Shown: positions 1 to 12,051, counted from the whole stretch's first letter. The stretch is DNA of 62,910 bases, filler included, from Bonamia ostreae (GCA_040357525.1; 38 parts of 38 records of this genome joined end to end with filler, not necessarily neighbours in it), one strand, 5' to 3'. Numbers and translations: made by a program. The notes: generated by a model not told the origin, from the sequence alone.

Positions 1-898
1 ATTATTGGTTTGGGCATTGAAGCAATCAGAGCACAAAGCTTTTCCCATGATTGTATGGTAAGTCTCTGTGAATTGTTTTTTGCAGTGGGAGCAGACGAAG
101 TGTTCTGGGTGGAAATATTTGTCCAGAGCGGTGACATATGTTCCAGATATTTTTTCGTTACAATCTGCACAGATTTTACTTTTTTTATTTCAATATTTAC
201 TGATTTTTCTATTTTAACTCATTTTATTTCAATTTTTAATGATTTTGCAATTTTTGCAGATTTTATTACAATTTTAAATGAATTTTTGCAATATTACTGA
301 TTTTTTATTGCAATTTTTACTGATTTTATTGCAATATTTACTGATATTTTATTGCAATATTTACTGATATTTTATTGCAATATTTACTGATTTTTTTGCA
401 ATTTTAACTTATTTTATTGCAATTTTAACTTATTTTATGCAATTTTTACTTTTTTTTTGCAATTTTTAAACTGATTTTATTAAAATCTGGGAAAACAAAA
501 ACTCATTTTCTTTGGAACAACTTTCGCAAAAAATGTTGTCGTTGTTATTTATATAAGGCAAGCCGATTAGAATTTTTTTACAGCCCGCGCACTCGAAGCA
601 TTTCGTGTGGTAATCTTTTTCATCGGAAGTGATATAATCCTCCTCGATCGTTTTATTGCAAAGATTGCAAGATTTTCCCGACTTGTTTTTTTCTACCGTC
701 TTCAACAAATAAAAATTATCTGATGGAGCCCATCCACATCGTCCTCCTTCTGAAACCACTTGATACGAATTTTCTTCTTGTTTATCAACTGTGTATATCT
801 TTCCAGCTTGCAACATAATCTCGTAGTCTTTCTGAGGCGAATAGTCCTTAATCGCAAAAACTCTGTTAAATGGACAACAAAAACTTGAATGGTTCCAT
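1..898 (-). CDS. Protist SH3 + LIM + LIM domain protein (3' partial)
   Basis: ATG at 898. Removing a 22-nt intron (863-884) and a 324-nt intron (179-502) gives MEPFKVFAIKDYSPQKDYEIML...GWAPSDNF (SH3), then CNLC..YHTKCFECAGC..FCESC and CADC..FHPEHFVCSHC..LCSDC (two LIM domains). Confidence 0.85.
181..465. repeat. Intronic minisatellite, about 20-23 nt unit (ttgcaatatttactgatatttta-like)
   Basis: Tandem degenerate copies fill the second intron of the SH3-LIM gene. Confidence 0.85.
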
Positions 899-1388
899 AA
901 TCCGGAATTTCAGTTTGTGTAATAAATTTATTAGTTTTTCTAATGTTCGCGGTTTGTCATATTATTGCTTTTTGTTATAAAAATTATAAAATTTGTATTT
1001 CGAGTTTAAAACAGAAAATGAAAACTATTTTTGAAAAAAATTATTTTTTGAAATCATTAAAAATAATTTTTTTTCTTCAAAAAATGAACGATGTGAGCCA
1101 CAATTATCTATGATTTCCCTTTAAAATAAAAACAAACAGAAATATAAAGACTGTCATATAAAAACATTTGAAACAGACTCGATTGACCAACAATTTTGAA
1201 CAACTCAAAAATAAAGGTCTATTAAAATTGCCCGTTGAAGGGACCATTTGAAAAATAAAAATTTTAAATTGTGGTTTAAAAATAGAAATCGCTTGTAAAA
1301 AAATGAAACCGTTAACAAGAAGCCAAAACAATCTCGCTTTGTCAATCAAATTAGAGGATGATTTAGTTTTCTTATCAAAATTAAAAGA

Positions 1389-1572
1389 ATTCTCAAAATT
1401 TGAGGAAAAACGATTTTATCTATTGTACAAATGGAGAAATCCTGATAAAGTTTAAAGGGACAGGAAGTCACAGTGAGAAAAAAGTTTTTATCTCAAGTGA
1501 TTTGTCTCGTCTTTGTTGGAAAGATATCAATGGATCAAATTTGAAATCTTTCAGTTTCAGTCATTGTGGATA
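1389..1572 (+). CDS. Exon of a protist protein with a PLC-type PH-like motif (partial)
   Basis: NGEILIKFKG...KKVFISSDLSRLCWK resembles the start of PLC-like PH domains. It is preceded by a 22-nt GTTTT..AAG intron-like segment. Confidence 0.35.
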
Positions 1573-1672
1573 NNNNNNNNNNNNNNNNNNNNNNNNNNNN
1601 NNNNNNNNNNNNNNNNTTAATTAATTAANNNNNNNNNNNNNNNNNNNNNNNNNNNNNNNNNNNNNNNNNNNN
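1573..1672. other. Artificial contig linker (first of 37): 44 N + TTAATTAATTAA + 44 N
   Basis: The same 100-nt spacer recurs about every 1.65 kb. TTAATTAATTAA gives stops in all six frames. Flanking contig lengths fall steadily (1572, 1572, 1570, 1568 ... about 1547), as in a length-sorted concatenation of unplaced contigs. Confidence 0.98.
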
Positions 1673-3344
1673 GCTATGGGAATTGCTGGTGGTGTAATCG
1701 TGCCGTTTATCCTGCTGGGCGTTGTTGGGGTTCTTCTGTTCAAGAGAAGCCGTCACAAACAAGGTTTACATAGAATCATGGTTTTGTAATTATTACTATC
1801 ATTTTATGTACATCTCATTTTAGATCATATAATCTGAATAGAGCTTGGTAAGTAATTTGCTAACAAACATTTATAAGTTACAATTTATGGACCTTGAAAT
1901 TAATTTTGTATTTATCATTACTTACATCCCTTCTCTATAATGCAATCATTTGATCTGAACAGGGATTGGTATATTGTAAGTACTTAATTTGCTAATAATC
2001 ATCTTCTGGTTTTTATATACCCATCTTTAGACAGGGCGTATTATGGTACACTTTACATCAGATTGCAGTTTTTTCTCTTCTATCTAAAAATTAGTCCCCT
2101 GATGAAATCCAAGACCCCTACCTAACTCATCTTAAAATAATGTCCGAAGATTGATTTTACCTATCCTTATATTTTACCTATTCAACATCTGATGTAAAAG
2201 TTGTTTTTCTTTATTAATGTATCAACGCTACTAATATACGAAACTGGTAGGGTTCTTTTTTGTTTTATTCTTTATTTATTTTTTAAATACATGACCCTTG
2301 TCCTCGTTCTTGTAAATGTAAAGAATGTACAACATGTAATCCTGTTACAAATTTTGTCCATAAAGTCACTGTAGACGAAACATTTAGGAAGTTAGAATAT
2401 TTTTGACATGTCTCGTTACTTTTTTAATTTTCATACAATTCTATTTTACTTTATTTCTAACAGATACCAGAAAGAGAGAAACATCAGTTGAGAGGGGTGA
2501 ATGTGAAGTCCTAGTACGTAAGGAAACAAAATATCTGGAGGAAAATGAGCAGAATGACAAACAGCAAAGAGGTGATACATTTGTGTGCGTTTTATATTTG
2601 ACGTTTACTTTCTACTGATTAGGATCTGCTTTTGTTTTCTAATTTGATTATATTCTCCTGATTAGAGCTGGAGCTGTCTGAAGGAAAATTTCCCAAAGTT
2701 CTACATTAGGCAGCTATTGAAACAGTACACCCAGAGAGACAAAGGCAATAGCTTGAAATTACCTGCCAATAAACTAGAAAAAACAAAAAACAAACAAAGC
2801 AAAATTCAATACCTATCAACAGTAACTGTTATAAGTGACCACATAATTAACAAACGTTTGTCAGCGTTGCACTCACTTATTCAAAATAAGCCTTAGACAA
2901 TGATATTCGAATTTAATAGACAATAGATACAAACTATCAACTTATAACAATTACTAGTACTGCTAAACCCCCCACAATTAAGTATGATTAATTGAAGTGA
3001 TTATAGATCAAAGAGCATCCGTAGAAGATAACGAATAATATCCTCTTCTGTCCAGGAATAAAGGTGACAACAAAAATTGTTGTCTGTCGTTGTTAACTTC
3101 AGAATTGCGATAATATTCTAGAACCACTAGGCCATTTCAAGATCAATTTTGCCTCGAAATACATATGGGTCATTTTGATTTTATAAATGAAGTGCTATAC
3201 CTATTTCTAGATAAAGGCAACTGATGATTAGCAATGACGTATGANNNNNNNNNNNNNNNNNNNNNNNNNNNNNNNNNNNNNNNNNNNNTTAATTAATTAA
3301 NNNNNNNNNNNNNNNNNNNNNNNNNNNNNNNNNNNNNNNNNNNN

Positions 3345-4538
3345 GTTGTCGTAGCCACGTTATAAAACGAATACGCGGCTTTAAGCTCTTTATGCTTCGA
3401 GTGATTTAACACCGTCGAAGATAAAATGTAGAAGCTCGCGATATCCGTCACATTCCCAAAACCGTCCTAAATTTTACCAGTCAAAAAATTTGCACAAAGC
3501 TAAAATCGCAAAACTTTTTTGACATAAGTCGAGACAACATTCTCTCTCGGAACAAAAAAGTGCGAAAACTCTTTTTCCGAAAAATAGAATCGCATTTTAA
3601 ATTTTTGCAGATAATCGTTCAGCAATTTCATTGCGCTTTCGGAATCTTCTTCTTTTAGCGGTTCCAACGAAATCGACGTTTTCGCCGGTAATCGGTGGAG
3701 CTTTTCAAACAACTCCATTTTCAATTTTGGGTTTTTGTACGCAAATTGTATTTCAACCAATTTTCGCGGATTTAGTTGTCGGTGGTAATAACTATTTTTT
3801 GCAAATTTTGGAAAACAGGTTTTTGCAAAATGGCTTCGTGACTTCGATTCCGGCGGTGTAAATTGCTTGCCAGATTCCCTTGAGATGGACCCGTCTTGTT
3901 ATCTCTTTTATGAGGACCGGAGCCAATCTTTTCGAACGCAATTTTTTGTGCACGCACAAAAAGTTTATTTCGACCATTTTCAGTTTTCTGGATTGAACGG
4001 AAAAACTTTTTCTCTGCGAAAGCGGTGACCGGTATTCCGGTGATTGAAGCCACCATTTCGCCAGACGGACTCGTTCTGACGCAGACGTGCAAGTCCTTTT
4101 CGAAGCCAGGCGGAGATAACGCCCATTTCAAAAAGTCCTTTTCGTATCGGAACCTAAACGAGTGATCTTCGTCTTCGATGTAGTTCTGTTGGAGCAGTTC
4201 GAAGAACTCGTTTATCTTTGCGATTTTGACCGAAAACCTCTTCTTCGTTCGAGATGTCGAACGTGTCCCAGTAATATTTGTTCGGGAGCTTGAACGGCTT
4301 CAGCGGAATGCTCTGAGAGTCGTTTTTGGCGTCGATCGGTCCGTTTTTGATTTTGGTTTCCTCTAAAATCAAAATCGCAACTTGATTTCGTTACCGGTTG
4401 CGTGTCCCAAAATCGGTGCTGCGGCGATTCCGCCTTTTTGGGAGAACCGCTGCGATTGGACAAATCCAAGTGCTTTATGTCGTCCGCTACTTTTTTCGTG
4501 TCGTTATTAGAGCTAACTGTTTTCGGAGAATTGCTCAT
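3345..4538 (-). CDS. NMT: Glycylpeptide N-myristoyltransferase (3' partial), 5 introns
   Basis: Motifs [68 protein letters not shown] and LKAAYSFYN join in frame after removing introns 4363-4381 (19 nt), 4216-4237 (22), 3988-4006 (19), 3792-3816 (25) and 3467-3514 (48), all GTT..AG. Confidence 0.97.
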
Positions 4539-4572
4539 TTATTATATTAACGTTTCGCAATATCTTTACTTA
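4539..4572. promoter_or_regulatory. 34-bp intergenic region between the divergent NMT and RPN11 start codons (putative bidirectional promoter/UTRs)
   Basis: NMT ATG at 4538 (minus) and RPN11 ATG at 4573 (plus). Confidence 0.7.
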
Positions 4573-4914
4573 ATGGACCTCAAAAACATACAGTCTCTTT
4601 TTCAAAACCAGGTTTGATCCTTTAACGCGTAAAGAGAGAAAACAAAGACAGCGTTCTGCCGGACTCAGTTTTCGACTAATTTTAATTACGAAAAACAATT
4701 TACAAAAAAGTCAGAAACGATTTATATCTCTCCGTTGGCGCTGATCAAAATGCTGAAACACAGCAGAGCGGGAATACCGATGGAAGTGATGGGGTTGATG
4801 CTGGGGGAGTTCGTGGATGACTACACTGTTGTCGTGCAAGATGTGTTCGCGATGCCTCAGAGCGGCACTAGTTTAAAATTTTAACTGAAAGCTGTCAGCG
4901 TCGAGTCCGTCGAC
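4573..4914 (+). CDS. RPN11: 26S proteasome lid deubiquitinase RPN11/PSMD14 (5' part; missed by the ORF track)
   Basis: Removing introns 4612-4634 (23 nt), 4668-4710 (43) and 4871-4891 (21) gives [85 protein letters not shown]. Confidence 0.96.
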
Positions 4915-5546
4915 NNNNNNNNNNNNNNNNNNNNNNNNNNNNNNNNNNNNNNNNNNNNTTAATTAATTAANNNNNNNNNNNNNNNNNNNNNNNNNNNNNN
5001 NNNNNNNNNNNNNNACAATGCCCCCCCCCAAACGTTCTTTTCATAAAACAATGGAAAAAACCCAGATAGGCAAACAAAGAAAAGAAATAGCATTAAATGT
5101 CCTCGATAGATAATGCAGGTAAGTCACAAAACCCATCTATTTTTAGTTGCACTACAGTTAGATTTTCTCTCTCGAATTCTTGCGAGTTCTGGTCCAAGAC
5201 CAGTCCGAGGTAGTGTCGTTGACGTAGTTAGATAGTTAGACCCAATGACCTTCGCTAAGTTACGATAACATTCGACAATTCCAATACGTTTGAATTTTCT
5301 CCTTTACACCAGTTAATATTTTCGTGAATAGCAAAGAACATTCTCACACATTTACATTGTCACCAAATTTTGTTCCAATTTTCAAGGACTTCCTGAACTA
5401 ATCGAAAATCAATTCAGAATTTGACTGATTCACTTTACTAGATATTAACCTGGGCCCACTGAGTTCTTTATCTCACGTTAACATAGACAGTATTTGCAAC
5501 ACACCTATATTGCTTGCAAGATTTTTTCCGATAAGGTTTCAAAATA

Positions 5547-5658
5547 TGAATGATAAAACCAAATGTTATACACACGATACGTGTTTATTACCAATACTAC
5601 ACACTTCTACTAAGTAATGAACACGTATCGTGTGCATAACATCTGGTTTTATCATTCA
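5547..5658. repeat. Near-perfect inverted repeat: 45-bp arms, 22-bp spacer (MITE or foldback remnant)
   Basis: Arm 5547-5591 is the reverse complement of arm 5614-5658 with 3 mismatches. Confidence 0.85.
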
Positions 5659-6840
5659 CAGTCATTTAACCTTTGTCCCGTACCGATGACCTAACAATTT
5701 CTAAAGATTGACTGTCAGCATGATTTTATTCATCCATTCTAAAGGATTGATTAAATCACTATATTGTTTATAATAACATATATACTTGAAATCACCTTAA
5801 GCATTCTGAGTTGTATCATCTGCATATATACATGTTAGCAGGTGATTGTTACATGTATTTGTTGGCGACCTGTACTTCAAGTTAAATGATGTTACATGCT
5901 GTTTCTGTATGTTAACACTAAAACGTGATATTTTCATTTCAATAATTTGTATGTATATGAATTAATTACTCCGTTGTTTCTCAGAAAAGGGAAACTTTTT
6001 CAAAGAAGAATCCGGGAAAGGGGACGGAATTCAAGGATCACCATAATGTGGATTTCCCCCATATCCAGCTAAAACTCATAGACTGGATAACGTATCATTA
6101 GTGCTGGGGGAGATTTGGGACCATCTCAGTGGTGCCGTTTGATCCTTGTTGTGCCAACGACTAGTTTTGGGTTTACTTCTAGGGCAGTTTCACCATGGAA
6201 AGATGATCGAATCAGGACTCCGGGGGGAACAGAAATTTTTCATAGTATGTAGCATTCTAGCATTCATTCTTGACAAGTGGGTACCCAGAGGTTTGTTACC
6301 ACCATAGTTATGTTGAGTTCTGTCAATAAATTGATTTAAGTTCAATTTATTTTCATTTTGCCTGTATTAGTTATGAAATGCATATTGTCATTCGATTGAA
6401 GTTATAAAATATCGTCAAAGAAATTTAAAAGTATTGAATACGATAACATTTACAATTAAAAGTTACCTAAATTATGTAAAGATGGTAAAGGTAGAAAAGA
6501 TGACATTTTTGTTATTATGTCGCATAATCTATGTCGCTATGCTGATAAGCATTAGATAGATGAATTTAGGAATATCTAATATNNNNNNNNNNNNNNNNNN
6601 NNNNNNNNNNNNNNNNNNNNNNNNNNTTAATTAATTAANNNNNNNNNNNNNNNNNNNNNNNNNNNNNNNNNNNNNNNNNNNNTCAACAGAGGATTATCAA
6701 GTAGGTGGTATTTATTCATTTATAAAATAATTCATGTACTTACTCTTTTTAGAAGTGTCATGATTCAATGCAATATAGAATACAAATCAAATTTTCAATT
6801 GTTTTTCGCTGTGTTTGTATTGTTGCTCATTTGTTTATAG

Positions 6841-7609
6841 CTTCGTTGTGACATAACCAAAGCCTTGGTTCTTGCCCTTGGTGTTTGTTACCATGCACGC
6901 CTCTCCGATCGGGAAAAGTTTAGAAATCACATCGTACAGTTTGTCAAGGACGAATTCATGTTAATAAAATCAGGGGAAACTTTCTTAGACATCTTAAGCA
7001 GGTAAGAAAGCAATAGCGTTCACATTATGAATATCCAAATACTTTGACTAGGAAATGGTTGATAAAAATGAACAAGCTACTCTCTTTAAGTTAGAATTAT
7101 AAATTGAATTCAACTTTGATATTTGCAGCTGTCAAGAATTCTTTATGAAAGGAGTTCCTCTTGGAAAAAACATCGCAAAAAACAAAGCGTTGGTCGAAAA
7201 TGTTTTCATGATGGCAATTTGCATAGAACTACAAATTCCTCTCTTTTTGGTGGGAAAGCCTGGAAGTTCAAAATCTTTGGCAAAAACGATTATATCGGAC
7301 GCAATGCAAGGAATGTCGTCACACACAAACGTTTACAAAACCTTGAAAAAAGTAAGTATTCCAGAAAGGATTTAAAATTTCAATGTTCTCTTTGTAAACA
7401 AAATATTAAGAAACACTGTCGGTGTTTTTAATTTCCAGGCTACTTTCGTGTCTTTCCAATGTAGTCACTTGTCTACACCCGAAGGTATTGTTAACACATT
7501 TGCTCAAGCATCAAACTACCAGAAGGACAGAGATTTAAGTAGATTTGTTTCAGTTGTTGTACTAGATGAAGTAGGACTTGCTGAGGACTCTCCGAGGATG
7601 CCCTTGAAG
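6841..7609 (+). CDS. RNF213: Host RNF213/mysterin-like AAA+ E3 ligase, three internal exons
   Basis: Exons 6841-7001, 7129-7351 and 7439-7609 with GTAAG/GTAAG/GTACA donors. Walker A LFLVGKPGSSKSL and Walker B VVVLDEVGLAEDSPRMPLK are characteristic of RNF213. Confidence 0.9.
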
Positions 7610-8372
7610 GTACAATATCGATTCGTCTAAAATATCTTATGCTTTTGGTGGATATTAATATACTAGCTTACGTGATTTATTTGAAATATATTCATAAAAC
7701 TGTGATTTCATGTCAGTGCATGGACGCCTATTAACACGAAAATTCACCAAGACATGGAATTGTGTTCGTATTCCGAAACGTACAAAACTAATGAATTTGA
7801 CTTTGATATAAAGTTAATAAATATATATTAAATGTAACTGGGTATTGATACGTTTTGATTTTCATGTCTCCAATTTTAGACTACATATTTTGCATGGATA
7901 CATATTTGGTATTGCCTATTGCTAATATATAATATGAGTTTTCAATAAGTTTTAGGTTAAGTGATTAGAAAGCAAATGATTTTTAAGAATAGTGACAACA
8001 GGGAATCTGATAATAGATTTCCCCTGCTCGCTTTACGCATAAGTAATAAACGAGCAGTTTATAAATTCAAGGAATGAGTGCATTTTTAGATTGTATCAAT
8101 ATATGATTGTATTGCATCTAGTATTATTAATGATTGTTTTGTAATATCACATATATAATGGATCTACAGTATGTGATCTTTAACTTGGCACCCCAAACTA
8201 ATTATCAAAAATGAGGTTTTCTAATGATACCATGATTACACCATATATANNNNNNNNNNNNNNNNNNNNNNNNNNNNNNNNNNNNNNNNNNNNTTAATTA
8301 ATTAANNNNNNNNNNNNNNNNNNNNNNNNNNNNNNNNNNNNNNNNNNNNATTTTAAAAATACTCAAATCGAT

Positions 8373-9823
8373 TTAACTTCGATCCACTTTTCCTGCTCTA
8401 ATAACCTCGTCAACGACCATTAAATTCTCTGCCATTACAGCTCCCAATTGAAGAAACTGTCTTTTCGCTCTGTAATTGTCCCAAACTCCCTCGTCTTCAG
8501 GCGACATCGGCTCTCCGTCTTCCAAATTCAATCCTACCGCAGATTCTAATTTTAATTGATAGAACTAGTTTTATTCGACGCCTCTTCCAGTTTTCTGACG
8601 CTTTCAATCATGTTCAATCCCGAATTCTGAGCCAAAACTTTTGGAATGGCCATTAAAGCTTCCGCAAACGCTTTTACGCCGTTTGCTGACTTTCCATATT
8701 TTTCGTTTTTGATTTCTGTTTCCAAATGTTTGGCACAAGCTAGTTCGAACGAACCAGCGCCGGGCACAACTTTTCTGTCTAAATTTTTTTATTTGTCAAA
8801 AATTTTAATTTAAAAGCAATTTTCGCTTTAAATTTTATTATTTTTGGTCAAAAATTTTAAATTGAAAAGCAATTTTTGTTCTAAATTTTATTATTTTTGG
8901 TCAAAAATTTTAATTAAAAAGCAATTTTCGCTTTAAATTTTATTATTTTTGGTCAAAAATTTTAAATTGAAAAGCAATTTTTGTTCTAAATTTTATTATT
9001 TTTTGTCAAAAATTTTAAATTGGAAAAGCAATTTTCGCTTTAAATTTTATTATTTTTTTTGTCAAAAATTTTCATTAAAAAGCCATTTTTGTTCTGAATT
9101 ATTATTTTTTGTCAAAATTTCGCTTAAAAATTTAGTCATTTAAACCATCAACCGCAAACTTGACCGCTCTCAATCCATCTCTTAAAGCTTCTTTCGCTTG
9201 CACCAAAATGTGTTTACTGTTCCCGCGTAGCAAAACAGTAACTGAACGAGGTTCTTTTGCGCCCTCGACAAAAGTAAATCTCTCTTCGCCCAAAATCTTT
9301 TCAGTGACTGAGCCAGCGAAGCCAAGACAATCTTCCGACAGATTTTCGGTGCTGTTCATCGCTTTTCCTCCAAATGCCAACGCTTTTTAAGTAAATATTT
9401 TTTGGCTAATTTTTAAAATCGCCATTTTTTCAAATTTCGATTTGGCTAAATTTTTAGTTTTTGAAAGAAAAACAGAGTCGTTCCATATTTCTTCTTTTCG
9501 CTCTTCGAAGAGCTACGATTCCATTTTTGTTCAAACGGTCTAATGAAAGCGGATCAATTCCTTTTTGGTTAATCACGACAAACGACGCTGTTTTGTCTTT
9601 CGAACACACTTTTTGCTAAATTTTTGCAAATTGTTGGAGTTGGAAACTTTTAAAGCGACGATGGTGTCGATGCGAGAATTGACTTTGTTGCGTTCTGCGG
9701 AAACCATTTCGGCGCGTTGATCTGCGTTGTTGAAATAGAATTGCGAATTCACCTCAGTTTTTTCGTATTCCAACGACACATTCAAAATCAACAAATAGCA
9801 ATTTTTGGATATTTTTGCCATTT
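8373..9823 (-). CDS. CCT6: T-complex protein 1 subunit zeta (5' partial)
   Basis: [57 protein letters not shown] and VDEVIRAG, with stop TAA at 8373-8375. Introns 9616-9647 (32 nt), 9383-9473 (91), 8779-9145 (367) and 8546-8565 (20), all GTT..AG. Confidence 0.97.
8790..9130. repeat. Intronic minisatellite, about 53-55 nt unit, about 6 copies
   Basis: Repeated gtcaaaaattttaaattgaaaagcaatttt(cgct/tgttc)taaattttattatttttt inside the 367-nt CCT6 intron. Confidence 0.9.
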
Positions 9824-12051
9824 CTAGTTTTTTTTTCAGATTTTGACAATCAAAAAAAAACAAAAATTGTCTTTTACAAAAAAAATCGAATGAACAAAAA
9901 AATTTGTCTTTTACANNNNNNNNNNNNNNNNNNNNNNNNNNNNNNNNNNNNNNNNNNNNTTAATTAATTAANNNNNNNNNNNNNNNNNNNNNNNNNNNNN
10001 NNNNNNNNNNNNNNNAAATATCTCCAAAAATTGACGATTTCACGATTAATAAATTTACAACATTTTTGTAAACATTTTGAATTGTCTATTCACGAATTTA
10101 TAAAATTCGTCTTTTACAAAAGAAAAATTTAGATTTAAAAATTGATGCCTCGCCATTTTTTAATTTTGAATAAAAATTAATCAAAAACGCCAAATTACAG
10201 TGTATGAAACAAATATAATAAAAAAAGCTTTTAGAAAAGACCAACAAGAAAATAGATCAACAAATAAATTCCCACCAAATAATAAAGCAGCGAAGCTAGA
10301 AGAACGATCCACGAAAGTACAAAAATCGACGAAGACAAAAACCTCCCACAAAAATCGCTAGGGCCCTCGTTTAAAAATATTTCGTAAAAGTTTGGTTCGA
10401 TAAAAACGTTTTCTAATTTATTCTCGTTTAAAACTGATTTTTTGTTTTGCATTTTCAGAATTGTAAAAGCTTATTTTGTTTAAAAAATGTCGATCTTAAA
10501 AATAAAAAATTTATGGCGCAACAAAAAATAGAAAAAATTACAAATTTATTAAAAAATCTAAAGCTTTTTCGATTTTGGCATTTTTAGAACGGTAAAAATT
10601 CCTGAAATCGGAAATTAAGCTTATAAAATCCTTTAAGTAAAATTTTTGTTCGTCTTTTTTTAAAAATCTGTAAGGAGACAGATGATTTTCGATAAAGTTC
10701 CCCAAAATAGCAAACTGAACTTTTTCATAATTTTTGCAGTTTTATAAAATTCAATTTTAAACAATTTTCATCAAAATTTGGTGCAAATATTTGAAATCTG
10801 CAAAATTTGAATTGTAATCGAACTCCATTCGGAAAAACAAAAAAATTGCGCCGACTGAAATTCTCCAATAAGAACTTTTATCATTTAATATTTTATTTTT
10901 CCGCTCTTCAAAATTGACATTTTTCCCTTTTTTCAACTTTGGTCCTAATGATCCACACGAATACAACTTTTTAGTGACATGTTTAAAAAGCTAAAACACA
11001 AAAATATTTTTAACCGTTTGGTCAAAATGTTCAGAATCGGAGGACATTTGGTCATCATCGGAAATTTTAATAACAAATTTCAAGTACTCTTTCAATGTGT
11101 TGATGCATTTAAGTCTACAAGTTCTTTCGTGTACTTTTACTAATTTTGATATTGTGGTCGCAGCATTTTCTTGTAAAGACGGAATTTCTGTAATAGAAAT
11201 TTTATAAAATTCAAATTTTATAATTTTAAAAAACCGTCAATTAAATTAATGAAGAGAAAAAATGACAAATCCTCGGCGATTTTGTTCGAGATATTTTCTT
11301 TTTTAAAATCCAACATATTTTCGAAGGCTAAATTTTAACAAAATTCTTTAAAACCAACGCAAGCTGCACTTCTTACAGTCCAATTGTCGTCTTTTATCAA
11401 AACAAAAAGAATCGAAATCAATTTTGAAAATTGTTTTTCAAGATCATTTTTTTCTATTTTTCTTAACAATTCAGTGATTGAAAAGCACGAAGCCTTTTTT
11501 AATATGTTTAATGCCCATATTCTGTCAATTTAAACAAAAAAAAGACGATATTTTTAATTAAATAAAACGAAAATATTTTTNNNNNNNNNNNNNNNNNNNN
11601 NNNNNNNNNNNNNNNNNNNNNNNNTTAATTAATTAANNNNNNNNNNNNNNNNNNNNNNNNNNNNNNNNNNNNNNNNNNNNTCTTTGTTTTTTCGTGTTTT
11701 TGACTTTTATTTGGTTTTTTGTTGAATTTATTTGTAAAATTTTATCGATTTTTCTATTTATTGTCAATTTTTCTATTTATTGTCAAATTTTCTATTTTTC
11801 CACCAAATTAATATTTACGATTGAAGATTTTGAGATGAAAGACGAAAAATTTATAAATCCCTGCAAAATAAAGCAAATTCCTTTTATGCGAAAGTACAAA
11901 CGCGGGAGAGCCTACAAAATTGCTCTGAAGAGAATAAGCGAACTTGAAGATCATTCTCAATATCAATAAAATGTTTTTAATTGCAAATTTGTTGAACTTG
12001 ATCTCGTCCATTAATTAAAATTTGAAATCAAATTGGAAAAATGACAAAAAT

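Noticed and set aside
3345-4538. Apparent frameshifts in conserved genes suggesting pseudogenes, programmed frameshifting or RNA editing
   Set aside because: Each break is resolved exactly by removing a short GT..AG segment, restoring conserved motifs.
10016-11580. Possible HEAT/ARM-repeat gene on the minus strand (DDNWTVRSAAC) and a small membrane ORF
   Set aside because: Protist-type coding sequence is likely, but I could not resolve a reliable exon chain or family.
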